Assembly: GCA_027063065.1 (NCBI GenBank)
Contig: JAMOSO010000003.1
Location: forward strand, 1,524 to 65,523
Length of the DNA: 64,000 bases
Direction: 5' to 3'
DNA from: Planctomycetota bacterium
GTDB lineage: Bacteria; Planctomycetota; JAMOSO01
The position numbers and the translations under genes were made by a program. Of the stretch, positions 30,506-41,062 are shown piece by piece. The notes below the pieces were generated by a model. The model was not told the origin of the DNA, searched no databases, and was given only the letters and a program-made list of their open reading frames with translations. Positions within the stretch are counted from its first letter, which is position 1. Each line of letters starts with the position of its first letter.

Positions 30506-31971
30506 TGCAATTACAAACAAATCTTAATCTAAAATTGCAACAAACTCTTAAAATAACACCTAGAATGTTGCAGTCTATTGAAATTTTACAATTACCTATC
30601 ACTAAATTAGAAGAATACATCAATAATGAACTTGTCTCAAATCCCGCATTAGAAATCACTGAAAACTCCACTGAAATAAAACAAAACCTACAAGAAGATA
30701 AAGAAAAATCGCTTAGAAAAGATGAAGGTGACTTCAGTGCCGTAGATGAATTAAGCAAGGATGATATGTGGGACGACGCTTTCGACACTCCCAAAGGACC
30801 TAAATCATCAAACGAAGAATATGGCAAAATGGAAGCAATTGAAAATACAGCCGAAATTAAAGAAACACTAAAAGATTATCTAACCGAGCAAATGCAATTT
30901 TTAGATCTAAGCCCAGAAGAAAAAAAAACACTTGAGTTTTTAATAGAAAATATTGAAGACAGTGGTTATATAGGCACTAACTACGAAGAATTAAAAAAGA
31001 TTGCTCCAGTCAAGGTAGACAATGATATTTGGGAAGCTATGGTTAGAACCTTAAAAGAAATGGATCCACCTGGTGTCGGAGCTCAAAATCTACAAGAAAC
31101 CCTATTACTACAACTATATTTTAATGGCGGCGACAATCGTATCGAAGAAATGTTAATAAAAGAACACCTGGACGACATTCTACACAACCGCATACCACAA
31201 ATAGCAAAAGCCACTAAGATGAGCCAGGCAGAAATTGTCGCATCTGTTGAAGCCATTGCAACTTTAAAACCAAAACCAGGAATTTACTTTACACCTAGCG
31301 AAACAAACAACCAAGCTATACCTGATGTTATCGTTAGTCTAATAGAAGGCGATGATGGCACACGACATTATGTAGTTAGCTTGCGAGAAGAAACTTTGCC
31401 AAATATAAGAATAAATGATTACTACGCATCTGTATTACCCACCATAAAAGAGAACAAAAAAGATTTTAACTACCTAAAAGAAAAAATAGATTCTGGCCAA
31501 AATTTAATATCTGCTCTCGAACAACGCCGCGATACTATTAAAAAAATTGCCACTTATATTGTACAAGAACAACAAGAATTTTTAGAGCATGGCATTGAAA
31601 AATTACGCCCTATGAAGATGCAAGATGTTGCCGATGCTATTGGGCGCCACTTGGCAACTGTAGGACGGGCCATATCTGGAAAATACATACAAACACCACG
31701 CGGTATATTACCATTTAAGTTTTTCTTCTCAGCTGGTTTAAATTCAACTGCAAAAAGCATCTCAAAGGGTAACACTACAGAATCAAATAAAGCCGTTATG
31801 CAAAAAATCAAACAATTAATAGATAGTGAAGACAAGTCAAGACCTTTAAGTGATCAAGAAATAGCTAACATACTAAAAAAACAAGGCACATCAATCGCCA
31901 GAAGAACTGTATCTAAATATCGAGAAGCTATGAATATCGCGTCGACAAGACAACGCAAAGTCTATAAATAA
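30505..31971 (+). CDS. rpoN: RNA polymerase sigma-54 factor
   Basis: 488 aa. Gln/Leu-rich region I, core-binding region, C-terminal HTH and RpoN box (ARRTVSKYRE). ATG overlaps recR stop (TAATG). Confidence 0.9.
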   Translation: MQLQTNLNLKLQQTLKITPRMLQSIEILQLPITKLEEYINNELVSNPALEITENSTEIKQNLQEDKEKSLRKDEGDFSAVDELSKDDMWDDAFDTPKGPKSSNEEYGKMEAIENTAEIKETLKDYLTEQMQFLDLSPEEKKTLEFLIENIEDSGYIGTNYEELKKIAPVKVDNDIWEAMVRTLKEMDPPGVGAQNLQETLLLQLYFNGGDNRIEEMLIKEHLDDILHNRIPQIAKATKMSQAEIVASVEAIATLKPKPGIYFTPSETNNQAIPDVIVSLIEGDDGTRHYVVSLREETLPNIRINDYYASVLPTIKENKKDFNYLKEKIDSGQNLISALEQRRDTIKKIATYIVQEQQEFLEHGIEKLRPMKMQDVADAIGRHLATVGRAISGKYIQTPRGILPFKFFFSAGLNSTAKSISKGNTTESNKAVMQKIKQLIDSEDKSRPLSDQEIANILKKQGTSIARRTVSKYREAMNIASTRQRKVYK

Positions 31972-31979
31972 ACATTAAA

Positions 31980-32672
31980 ATGCATTATTACCTGAAATGG
32001 TTGCAAAATAAAACATTAAACATCCTATTTCCTAACACCTGCTTAAACTGTCATGCATACTGCCATTCAACCGTATGCAACAACTGTCAAAAGCTATTTT
32101 TTTCTAAGCAATCTAATGTATGTAAACGCTGTGGAATGTTTATTCAGACACAGCTTACCACCAAAAAATGTTTTAACTGTTTAAATAGACCTGTTTTATA
32201 CACTCAAGCCCCTCTACTACATGACGGAGCCGTATCTAAAGCTATATCAGATTTTAAATATAATAAAAAAATAAAATGGGGTGATTTTTTTGCGTATATA
32301 TTATATCGTGATTGTAAGACATACATCGAAAACTTTGATATTATTTGCCCAGTACCATTACACAAATCTAGATTACGTCAACGAGGATTTAATCAAAGTG
32401 AAGAAATCGCAATTACATTAAGCAAATTAAGTGGCAAACCTATTGAACATTTATTAATACGTGCAGATAAAACCCATTCCCAAAAAGGATTGGGACGCAA
32501 AGATAGACTTTTAAATCTAAAAAATATATTTAGACCTAAATCTGATGCAAACCATCAAAATATTTTGTTGCTAGATGATGTAACTACTACAGGCTCAACT
32601 CTTTACGAATGTTCAAAAAGTATTAAAAACCCTGGTAAAATAGGTGGGATTTCTGTCAGCAGAAGAATATAA
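31980..32672 (+). CDS. comF: ComF family protein (phosphoribosyltransferase-domain competence protein ComFC-like)
   Basis: 230 aa. N-terminal Cys-rich zinc-finger (CLNCHAYCHSTVCNNCQ…CKRCG…CFNC) plus PRTase motif (ILLLDDVTTTGSTL). Confidence 0.75.
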   Translation: MHYYLKWLQNKTLNILFPNTCLNCHAYCHSTVCNNCQKLFFSKQSNVCKRCGMFIQTQLTTKKCFNCLNRPVLYTQAPLLHDGAVSKAISDFKYNKKIKWGDFFAYILYRDCKTYIENFDIICPVPLHKSRLRQRGFNQSEEIAITLSKLSGKPIEHLLIRADKTHSQKGLGRKDRLLNLKNIFRPKSDANHQNILLLDDVTTTGSTLYECSKSIKNPGKIGGISVSRRI

Positions 32673-32780
32673 ATAAAAAATTATAAATATTTCAATCTTT
32701 AAATTTTGTAATATGTCAAAAAACTTGAACTACAAATTTTGCATCTTATAATATTGTTTCCTTCAAATTATAAGGATAAT

Positions 32781-34691
32781 ATGAGCGATCCAATTAAACA
32801 TGAATGCGGTATCGGAATGATCCGCCTACTAAAACCCCTAGACTATTTTATTGAAAAATATGGTACACCCTTATGGGGATTAAATAAACTATATCTATTA
32901 ATGGAAAAACAACACAATCGAGGCCAAGATGCTTTTGGAATTGGGTGTGTAAAATTGAATATGCCTGTGGGCAATTCATTTATGATGCGCGAACGTTCTG
33001 TCGCAAACAACCCCATTGAAGATGCGTTTAAAAATATATCTACAGAATACAACAGCCTAAAACAAGCTGGAAAATTTAAGCAAAACACAGGATTTAGCTA
33101 CAAAGAAAATTTTGCCTTTGCGGGAGAACTCTATCTAGGCCATTTAAGATATGGCACACATGGCGAAAACAGTATTCACGTTGCCCATCCAGTTGTTAGA
33201 CGCAACAATTGGATAACTAAAAATATTATGTTAGCTGGTAATTTCAACATGACTAACACTCCTGCGTTAATCAAACGTCTAATGGAATTTGGACAACATC
33301 CAACGCGCAATACTGATACCATGACCATCTTAGAACAAATAGGTTACTGTGTTGATGAGGCCTATGACAAATTAAGAAGAGAACTACAAAGCGATAGCTT
33401 AAACGGCTTAGAGCTAACAGAAGAAATATCCAACCAAATTAATCTTTTAAACATTTTAAAAGACGCAAGCAAACAATGGGATGGCGGATATGTATTTGGA
33501 GGCTTCACCGGCAGTGGCGATTCTTTTGTAATGCGCGACCCTAACGGTATACGACCATGCTCTTATATCCAAACAGATGAATATGTTGCAATAGCAAGTG
33601 AACGCGTTGCTTTAATGACTGCATTCGATAGCGATATCGATTCTGTACAAAATCTACCACCAGGACATGCCATTACTATAAATCGTAAAGGTAAAATGCA
33701 AATAGATCAAGTTATGCAACCTCGCACAAAAGCTCACTGTTCGTTTGAACGCATATATTTTTCTAGACCTAACGACCCTGAAATATATACTGAACGCAAA
33801 AAATTAGGACAAGCTATTGTTCCGCAAATATTAAAAAGTATCAATAATGACTTAGAAAATGCCGTGTTTGGATTTATCCCTAATTCTGCAGAAATAGCAT
33901 ATTTAGGAATGATCGAAGCATTAGAAGATAAGTGCAAAGAAATTACCAAAAATAAAATTTTAGAGGCGCAAAAACAAGGCGAACTTACTCCCGAACAAAT
34001 TGATAAATTTTTATCATTAAAACCACGAGCTGAAAAAGTTGCCATTAAAGACGTTAAAATGCGTACGTTTATTTCTCAAAGTGATGGACGTAAAGACTTG
34101 GTTAGTCACGTATATGATATAACCTATGGCATTATTAAGCCAACAGACACCTTAATATGTATTGATGATTCAATAGTACGCGGTACAACTATGCGGGAAT
34201 CAATTTTAAGAATATTAAGTCGACTAAACCCTAAAAAAATTATTATTATTTCTTCTGCTCCACAAATCAGATATCCAGATTGTTATGGTATTGATATGTC
34301 AAGAATGACAGAATTTATTGCTTTTGAAGCTACTATTGCCCTATTACAAGAAAACAACCAAAGCGCATTAATAGATGAAGTATATAAACTGTGTGTTGAG
34401 CAGGCTCAACTACCAGATAACAAACTGCACAATTATGTTAGCAGGCTTTATAAAGAGTTTAGTCCTCAAACAGTATCAGATAAAATCACTGAAATGCTAA
34501 CTCCAACAAATATCAATTGGAAAGGCTCTATTGAAATTATTTATCAAAGCATCGAAGGCTTACACAAAGCTATACCAGAACATTCTGGCGACTGGTATTT
34601 TACTGGTAATTATCCTACACCAGGAGGTTATCGAGTACTTAATACTGCTTTTATAAATTATTACGAAAAAAACGATAAACGTTCATATTAG
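32781..34691 (+). CDS. purF: amidophosphoribosyltransferase, long form (class II glutamine amidotransferase + PRTase)
   Basis: Propeptide MSDPIKHE then nucleophile Cys (CGIGMI…) and C-terminal PRPP-binding loop (LICIDDSIVRGTTM). ORF track extends 14 codons further upstream (32739). AAGGA RBS precedes 32781. Confidence 0.75.
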   Translation: MSDPIKHECGIGMIRLLKPLDYFIEKYGTPLWGLNKLYLLMEKQHNRGQDAFGIGCVKLNMPVGNSFMMRERSVANNPIEDAFKNISTEYNSLKQAGKFKQNTGFSYKENFAFAGELYLGHLRYGTHGENSIHVAHPVVRRNNWITKNIMLAGNFNMTNTPALIKRLMEFGQHPTRNTDTMTILEQIGYCVDEAYDKLRRELQSDSLNGLELTEEISNQINLLNILKDASKQWDGGYVFGGFTGSGDSFVMRDPNGIRPCSYIQTDEYVAIASERVALMTAFDSDIDSVQNLPPGHAITINRKGKMQIDQVMQPRTKAHCSFERIYFSRPNDPEIYTERKKLGQAIVPQILKSINNDLENAVFGFIPNSAEIAYLGMIEALEDKCKEITKNKILEAQKQGELTPEQIDKFLSLKPRAEKVAIKDVKMRTFISQSDGRKDLVSHVYDITYGIIKPTDTLICIDDSIVRGTTMRESILRILSRLNPKKIIIISSAPQIRYPDCYGIDMSRMTEFIAFEATIALLQENNQSALIDEVYKLCVEQAQLPDNKLHNYVSRLYKEFSPQTVSDKITEMLTPTNINWKGSIEIIYQSIEGLHKAIPEHSGDWYFTGNYPTPGGYRVLNTAFINYYEKNDKRSY

Positions 34692-34723
34692 ATAATTATG
34701 GGGCTATAAATGCCCCATAATTA

Positions 34724-35017
34724 TTAATCAGCATCATAAATCAATACTTTATTCCAAAAAGTATTAAACTTATTTAAAAAATCTTTATGTAATGGATGCA
34801 CTTGATAAGCATCATGAGCAACCATATCTGCAAAAATTACTGTTAAACAAAAAGAATAACTACGATCTATAGCTGGCCTATCTGTTATAGCAGGAGTACC
34901 AATAAAACAAGACTCAGAATCTATTAATTTTAATGACTCTAAACCAGACTTAAAATTTTGTAACTGAGACTCAGATAAGTCTTCTTTTAACCAAAATAAA
35001 ACATTATGTACTAACAT
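34724..35017 (-). CDS. Dabb (stress-responsive alpha/beta-barrel) domain protein
   Basis: 97 aa. Pattern typical of Dabb-family small proteins. Weak family assignment. Confidence 0.45.
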   Translation of the reverse strand: MLVHNVLFWLKEDLSESQLQNFKSGLESLKLIDSESCFIGTPAITDRPAIDRSYSFCLTVIFADMVAHDAYQVHPLHKDFLNKFNTFWNKVLIYDAD

Positions 35018-35019
35018 AA

Positions 35020-36123
35020 TTAAACCTTCTTAAAATCATTCATCATATTAGTAAATTCATCGAACAAATAAGCAGAATCATGTGGACCTGGCGAAGATTC
35101 AGGGTGATATTGCACTGAAAATGCCGGCACATTTTTACAACGTATGCCCTCTAAAGTATTGTCATTTAAATTGACATGGGTCAACTCTACCTTATTTTTG
35201 TCTAACGCTTCTAGATTAACACAAAAACCATGATTTTGAGAAGTTATTTCAACTTTTTTAGTCTTTAAATTTTGAACTGGCTGATTACCACCTCTATGTC
35301 CAAACTTTAACTTATAAGCGCTACCACCCATCGCTAAAGATAGCAATTGATGCCCTAAACAAATACCAAAGACTGGGATTTTACCTAACAATTCTTTAAT
35401 AGTAACAATAGCATAGGTTAATGGCTCAGGGTCACCTGGTCCATTAGATAAAAAGACACCATCAAAACCACCATCTAAAATAGTTTGTGCATTAGTATCA
35501 GCAGGAAAAATTGTCACATTACATCCAGCAGCATCTAACATACGCAAAATATTAGTCTTAATACCAAAATCAAAGGCTGCAACTTTAAACTCTTTATCTT
35601 GCGAGTGATTTCCAAATGGTTGGGCAGTTTTGATAGAAATATCTTTGACTATATCACGACCTTCTAAGCCTGGATATTTAGCTAATTCATTTTTTAGATT
35701 ATCTATAGATAACAATTGTTCATCACCCGAGGCAATAATCGCACGCATAGCACCCTTATCGCGAATATGTCGAGTCAAGGCTCTAGTATCAATACTATCA
35801 ATACCTATAATATTATTATCTTTTAAATATTTGCCCAAAGTTTGTTGAGATTGAAAATTACTTGGATAATCACAATACTCTCTTACAACAAAACCAGAAG
35901 CAAAAATGCCACGACTTTCTATATCACCTTCATTAATACCATAATTACCTATCAGAGGATAAGTCATTGTAATAATTTGCTCATTATAAGAAGGGTCTGT
36001 TAAAATTTCTTGGTAACCCGTCATTGAGGTATTAAAAACGGCTTCACCACATTTAAATCCCTCTGCGCCAAAACCGCGACCATGAAATACAGTGCCATCT
36101 TCTAGTAGTAATACAGCTTTCAT
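35020..36123 (-). CDS. carA: carbamoyl-phosphate synthase small (glutaminase) subunit
   Basis: 367 aa. CPSase small-chain N-domain plus class I GATase with catalytic Cys (GICLGHQ) and His/Glu. Confidence 0.95.
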   Translation of the reverse strand: MKAVLLLEDGTVFHGRGFGAEGFKCGEAVFNTSMTGYQEILTDPSYNEQIITMTYPLIGNYGINEGDIESRGIFASGFVVREYCDYPSNFQSQQTLGKYLKDNNIIGIDSIDTRALTRHIRDKGAMRAIIASGDEQLLSIDNLKNELAKYPGLEGRDIVKDISIKTAQPFGNHSQDKEFKVAAFDFGIKTNILRMLDAAGCNVTIFPADTNAQTILDGGFDGVFLSNGPGDPEPLTYAIVTIKELLGKIPVFGICLGHQLLSLAMGGSAYKLKFGHRGGNQPVQNLKTKKVEITSQNHGFCVNLEALDKNKVELTHVNLNDNTLEGIRCKNVPAFSVQYHPESSPGPHDSAYLFDEFTNMMNDFKKV

Positions 36124-39100
36124 TATTTTGAGCTCCTGTTATATAGTTGCAGAGGCTTTACTGACATCCCCTGAGTTTGTAAACTTTGCATAGCTTTCAC
36201 CATGGCCTTAGCCGCTTCAAAAGTAGTTACGTAAGGTACTCCATTATCCAAAGCAGATCGACGTATAGAAAACGAATCCTTAATAGCCTTTGCGCCAACA
36301 GTGGTATTAATGACAAAATCAATGTCCCCATTAATAATTTTATCCACAACATTTGGTCTACCATCTGCAACTTTTTTAACATAATCAACCGGCACACCAA
36401 TACCGCGAATAGCGTCACAAGTGCCACCTGTTGCCACTAATTTATAGCCCATTTTGTGTAGAGGCATAGCCACTTCCATAGCTGATTTCTTGTCTAAATC
36501 TTTAATGGATATAAACACCGTACCTTTTTCTGGAGGCAATTTAGATCCAGCTGCTATTTGACTCTTAGCAAATGCAATTCCAAAATCTGTAGATAAACCC
36601 ATAACTTCACCAGTAGATAACATCTCTGGCCCTAAGGTTGTATCGACACCAGGAAATTTAATAAAAGGAAAAACTGCTTCCTTAACAGCAATGTGCTTAG
36701 GAATGACTTCTTTTGTAAAGTTTAGCTCTTTTAATGTTTTGCCTGCCATAATTTTGGCTGCTATTTTAGCTAACGGCACTCCTATCACCTTAGACACAAA
36801 AGGTACTGTTCGTGATGCTCTAGGATTTACTTCGATAATATAAACCTCGCCATCTAACACAGCATATTGAATATTTATTAATCCTAAAACTTTTAATTCC
36901 ATAGCTAATAATTTAGTTTGGCGCTTCACTTCTTTTAAAATATCATCGCTTAAAGTTACAGGAGGCAACGAACAAGCCGAATCCCCAGAATGAATCCCCG
37001 CCTCTTCAATATGCTCTAACACGCCACCAATTACAACTTCATGACCATCACAAACAGCATCTACATCTAATTCTGTTGCACCAGCTAAAAATTTATCTAT
37101 TAAAACTGGATGATCAGGAGATGCTTCAATTGCTTGAGCAACGCATCTTTCTAAATTGGCATCATCATAAACTACATTCATTGCACGACCACCCAACACA
37201 AAAGATGGTCTAACCAACACTGGATAACCTATTTTTTTTGCCATAGATAATGCACCCGCAAAATCCATAGTTGTCCCACTATATGGTTGCTGTAACTCTA
37301 ACTTATTAAGTAAAAGCCTAAAACGCTCTCTATCTTCTGCTCTGTCTATAGAATCAGGACTTGTGCCAATTATTGTAACCCCTGCCTCTTCCAAAGCCTG
37401 AGCCAATTTTAATGGCGTTTGACCACCAAACTGTACTATAACACCATCTGGCTTTTCTTTATCAATAATACTCATGACGTCTTCAAAAGCTAATGGCTCA
37501 AAATAAAGCTTATCTGAAGTATCATAGTCAGTTGAAACTGTTTCTGGATTACAATTTACCATAATACTTTCAACGTCAATTTCTTCCATAGCAAATGACG
37601 CATGAACACAACAATAATCAAATTCTATACCTTGTCCAATACGATTAGGACCACCACCAAGAATCATAATTTTACGTCTATCTGTACGCTCCGCTTCGCA
37701 TTCTTGATCATAACTTGAATATAGATATGGCGTAAAAGCTTCAAATTCTCCAGCGCATGTATCCACACGCTTAAAAGATGCAATAATACCCATAGATTTG
37801 CGTTTAGCCCTAAAATCTGATTCGGTCATATTGGCTAATTTTGCCAGATAAGAATCTGCAAAACCATATTGCTTTGCTTTGCGCATCAAATCCACATCAA
37901 TATTATCAATATTTTTTATTAGCTCTGCTTCCATTTGCACAATTTCACGCAAATTGTGCAAGTACCATGGATCTATAGCGCTTAATTGATAAATCTTAGC
38001 AACGCTAATACCACGTCTTAACGCCTCGGCCACATACCATAAACGATCCCATAAATGCTGACGTAATTTTTCCATTAAATCAACATCTGTTATATTTGCA
38101 TCGATATATTGGTTTGACAAAGAATCTCTGCCAATTTCTAAAGAACGTATGGCTTTATTAAATGCTTCTTTAAAAGTACGACCTATACTCATAGCCTCTC
38201 CAACAGAACGCATCTGAATGCCTAAAGTAGGATCGGTATTAGGAAATTTTTCAAACGTGAAGCGTGGCCATTTAACTACACAATAATCGATAGATGGCTC
38301 GAAACACGCATAAGTTTTACGAGTTATATCATTTGGGATTTCATCAAGGGTATACCCAATAGCTAATTTAGTTGCAATTTTTGCAATAGGAAAACCCGTA
38401 GCTTTAGATGCAAGAGCCGAAGAACGACTTACGCGAGGATTCATTTCGATAACAATGACTCGACCAGTTTTTGGGCAAACAGCAAATTGTACATTAGAAC
38501 CGCCTGTCTCTACACCTACTAAACGCATAATATCAATAGAAGCATCACGCAATACTTGATATTCCTTATCCGTCAAAGTCTGTGCAGGTGCAACAGTAAC
38601 AGAATCACCTGTATGAATACCCATAGGATCTAAATTCTCAATTGGACAAACAATTACAACATTATCCGCTTTATCGCGCATAACTTCTAATTCATATTCT
38701 TTCCAACCGAGGATAGACTCTTCTATTAAGACCTCACTCATTGGAGAAAGACTTAAACCCCATTCAACAAAACGCTCGTATTCATCATTATTGTAAGCGA
38801 TATTCCCTCCACTGCCTCCCAAAGTAAACGAAGGGCGAATAATAGCAGGAAAACCCACCTCATCACGGGCTTTAACTGCGTCATCCATATTATGAGCAAT
38901 AAATGATTTAGCCACTCCCAAACCAGCTTTTTCTACGATAGCTTTAAACTGCTCTCTATTTTCAGCGCGTTCGATAGTCTCACGATCTGCGCCTATCATA
39001 CGCACGCCATATTTTTCAAAAACACCATTTTCTGCTAAAGTCAATGCAGTATTTAACGCAGTTTGACCACCTAAAGTAGGCAAAACAGCATCTGGTCGCT

Positions 39101-39341
39101 CTTCTATTATAACCTTTTCAACCATTTCAGGAGTAATAGGTTCAATATATGTACGATCCGCCATATCCGGATCTGTCATTATGGTTGCAGGATTTGAATT
39201 AATAAGAACTACCTTAATTCCTTCCTCCATTAACACTTTACAGGCTTGAGCTCCAGAATAGTCAAACTCACAGGCTTGTCCAATTACAATGGGGCCTGAG
39301 CCTATCACCAACACTTTTTTGATTGAATTATCTCTTGGCAC
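36123..39341 (-). CDS. carB: carbamoyl-phosphate synthase large subunit
   Basis: 1072 aa, duplicated ATP-grasp halves plus MGS-like domain. Start/stop overlaps with pyrG and carA. Confidence 0.95.
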   Translation of the reverse strand: MPRDNSIKKVLVIGSGPIVIGQACEFDYSGAQACKVLMEEGIKVVLINSNPATIMTDPDMADRTYIEPITPEMVEKVIIEERPDAVLPTLGGQTALNTALTLAENGVFEKYGVRMIGADRETIERAENREQFKAIVEKAGLGVAKSFIAHNMDDAVKARDEVGFPAIIRPSFTLGGSGGNIAYNNDEYERFVEWGLSLSPMSEVLIEESILGWKEYELEVMRDKADNVVIVCPIENLDPMGIHTGDSVTVAPAQTLTDKEYQVLRDASIDIMRLVGVETGGSNVQFAVCPKTGRVIVIEMNPRVSRSSALASKATGFPIAKIATKLAIGYTLDEIPNDITRKTYACFEPSIDYCVVKWPRFTFEKFPNTDPTLGIQMRSVGEAMSIGRTFKEAFNKAIRSLEIGRDSLSNQYIDANITDVDLMEKLRQHLWDRLWYVAEALRRGISVAKIYQLSAIDPWYLHNLREIVQMEAELIKNIDNIDVDLMRKAKQYGFADSYLAKLANMTESDFRAKRKSMGIIASFKRVDTCAGEFEAFTPYLYSSYDQECEAERTDRRKIMILGGGPNRIGQGIEFDYCCVHASFAMEEIDVESIMVNCNPETVSTDYDTSDKLYFEPLAFEDVMSIIDKEKPDGVIVQFGGQTPLKLAQALEEAGVTIIGTSPDSIDRAEDRERFRLLLNKLELQQPYSGTTMDFAGALSMAKKIGYPVLVRPSFVLGGRAMNVVYDDANLERCVAQAIEASPDHPVLIDKFLAGATELDVDAVCDGHEVVIGGVLEHIEEAGIHSGDSACSLPPVTLSDDILKEVKRQTKLLAMELKVLGLINIQYAVLDGEVYIIEVNPRASRTVPFVSKVIGVPLAKIAAKIMAGKTLKELNFTKEVIPKHIAVKEAVFPFIKFPGVDTTLGPEMLSTGEVMGLSTDFGIAFAKSQIAAGSKLPPEKGTVFISIKDLDKKSAMEVAMPLHKMGYKLVATGGTCDAIRGIGVPVDYVKKVADGRPNVVDKIINGDIDFVINTTVGAKAIKDSFSIRRSALDNGVPYVTTFEAAKAMVKAMQSLQTQGMSVKPLQLYNRSSK

Positions 39342-40996
39342 TATTTATCTCGCTTATTTGAAAAAATAATTGCTTCTTTAACTAAATTATAAAACAGTGG
39401 AGAAGGAGTCTCCAACCGTGATGTCAACTCTGGGTGAAACTGACAGGCCATAAAATATGGGTGACTAGGCAATTCCATTAATTGCATAATACGCAAATCA
39501 CTGGCGTGACCAGAAAATACAAGTCCAGCATCTTCTATTTGTTGTATATAGTCAGGGTTTACTTCATAACGATGCCTAAAACGCTGACGTACAGAAGTAG
39601 CCCCATATAACGCATGAGCTTTTGTACCTTCTTTTATTAAGACATCTTGCCCACCCAAACGCATACTGCCACCTTTTTTAGTTACTGCTTTTTGTTCTGG
39701 CAAAATATCGATAACCGCTGTTCCAACATCTATACCATCTTCCAAAATTTCTGCAGTATTAGCATCTTTAATACCCACTACATTGCGAGCATATTCAATA
39801 ACTGCCAATTGCATACCATAACATATACCCAAAAAAGGAATATTGTTTTCTCGGCAATAAGTTATTGTGCTAATTTTGCCCTCTATTCCGCGTGCTCCAA
39901 AACCTCCAGGAACAATCACCCCATCGACAAGCTCTAAAACTTCTGCCATTTTTTTAGGCTGGGTTTCTAAGCCATCTGTATCTAACCAAACCACATTAAC
40001 TTTCACATCATTGTTAGCAGCTGAATGGGTTATGGATTCGACAACGGAAGCGTATGAATCTTCTAACTCGGTATACTTTCCAGCAATAGCAATATCTATT
40101 GTTTTGGATGGATTTTTAATGTTTTTTAATAATACATTGACCCTATTACGCCAAGCATTAATTTTAGGCGGTGAATATATATTTAACTTTTTATGTAAAG
40201 TTTCTACTAAACCTTCTTGCTCATATATTAATGGTATTTCATATATACATTCAACATCAACGCCAGATATTACATCGCTTGGTTCTAAATTACAAAATAG
40301 AGCTATTTTTTCTTTAATTTTTGGAGTCAAATACTCTGAACAACGCCCTATAATTATATCGGGTTCTATACCAAATTGTTGCAAACTTTTTACACTCATC
40401 TGCGTTGGCTTAGACTTTTGTTCATTAACACCATTAGGCACGGGAACATAAGTCAAATGAATGAATATAATATTTTCTGGGCCAAATTCAAATTTTAATT
40501 GGCGCACCGCCTCTATATAAAACTGATTTTCTAAATCGCCTACCGTGCCACCAATCTCCAATAAACCCAAATCTGCCTGTTCTGTCTCAAGAGTATTATA
40601 TATTTTCTCTTTAATCATATCTGTAACATGAGGAATAAATTGCACTGTTTTGCCTAAATAGTCTCCAGCGCGCTCTTTTTCTAAAATCTCTTTAAAGACC
40701 TTTCCCATGGTGATATTCCAGTCAAACTTAGTGTCGACTCCTATAAAGCGTTCATAATGACCAAAGTCCATGTCTACCTCGCCACCGTCATCCTGTACAT
40801 AAACTTCACCATGTTCCACAGGATTCATAGTACCTGGATCAGTATTGAGATAACCATCACATTTTATTGGAACAACTTTTAAGTTAGCGGACAATAATTT
40901 GCCAATTGAGGCAGCAGCAATGCCTTTGCCCAACCCGGAGAGAACACCCCCCGTAACAACAATTAATTTAGGGGATTTTTTCTTTTTTCTGCTCAT
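39341..40996 (-). CDS. pyrG: CTP synthase
   Basis: 551 aa. N-terminal synthetase domain ([19 protein letters not shown]) and C-terminal GATase (GICYGMQ). Confidence 0.95.
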   Translation of the reverse strand: MSRKKKKSPKLIVVTGGVLSGLGKGIAAASIGKLLSANLKVVPIKCDGYLNTDPGTMNPVEHGEVYVQDDGGEVDMDFGHYERFIGVDTKFDWNITMGKVFKEILEKERAGDYLGKTVQFIPHVTDMIKEKIYNTLETEQADLGLLEIGGTVGDLENQFYIEAVRQLKFEFGPENIIFIHLTYVPVPNGVNEQKSKPTQMSVKSLQQFGIEPDIIIGRCSEYLTPKIKEKIALFCNLEPSDVISGVDVECIYEIPLIYEQEGLVETLHKKLNIYSPPKINAWRNRVNVLLKNIKNPSKTIDIAIAGKYTELEDSYASVVESITHSAANNDVKVNVVWLDTDGLETQPKKMAEVLELVDGVIVPGGFGARGIEGKISTITYCRENNIPFLGICYGMQLAVIEYARNVVGIKDANTAEILEDGIDVGTAVIDILPEQKAVTKKGGSMRLGGQDVLIKEGTKAHALYGATSVRQRFRHRYEVNPDYIQQIEDAGLVFSGHASDLRIMQLMELPSHPYFMACQFHPELTSRLETPSPLFYNLVKEAIIFSNKRDK

Positions 40997-41062
40997 TCAA
41001 ACCTTTTAATTTAGGTGATTACAAAATTTCAGTGAGTATATCATAAGAACTTTTAAAATCCA

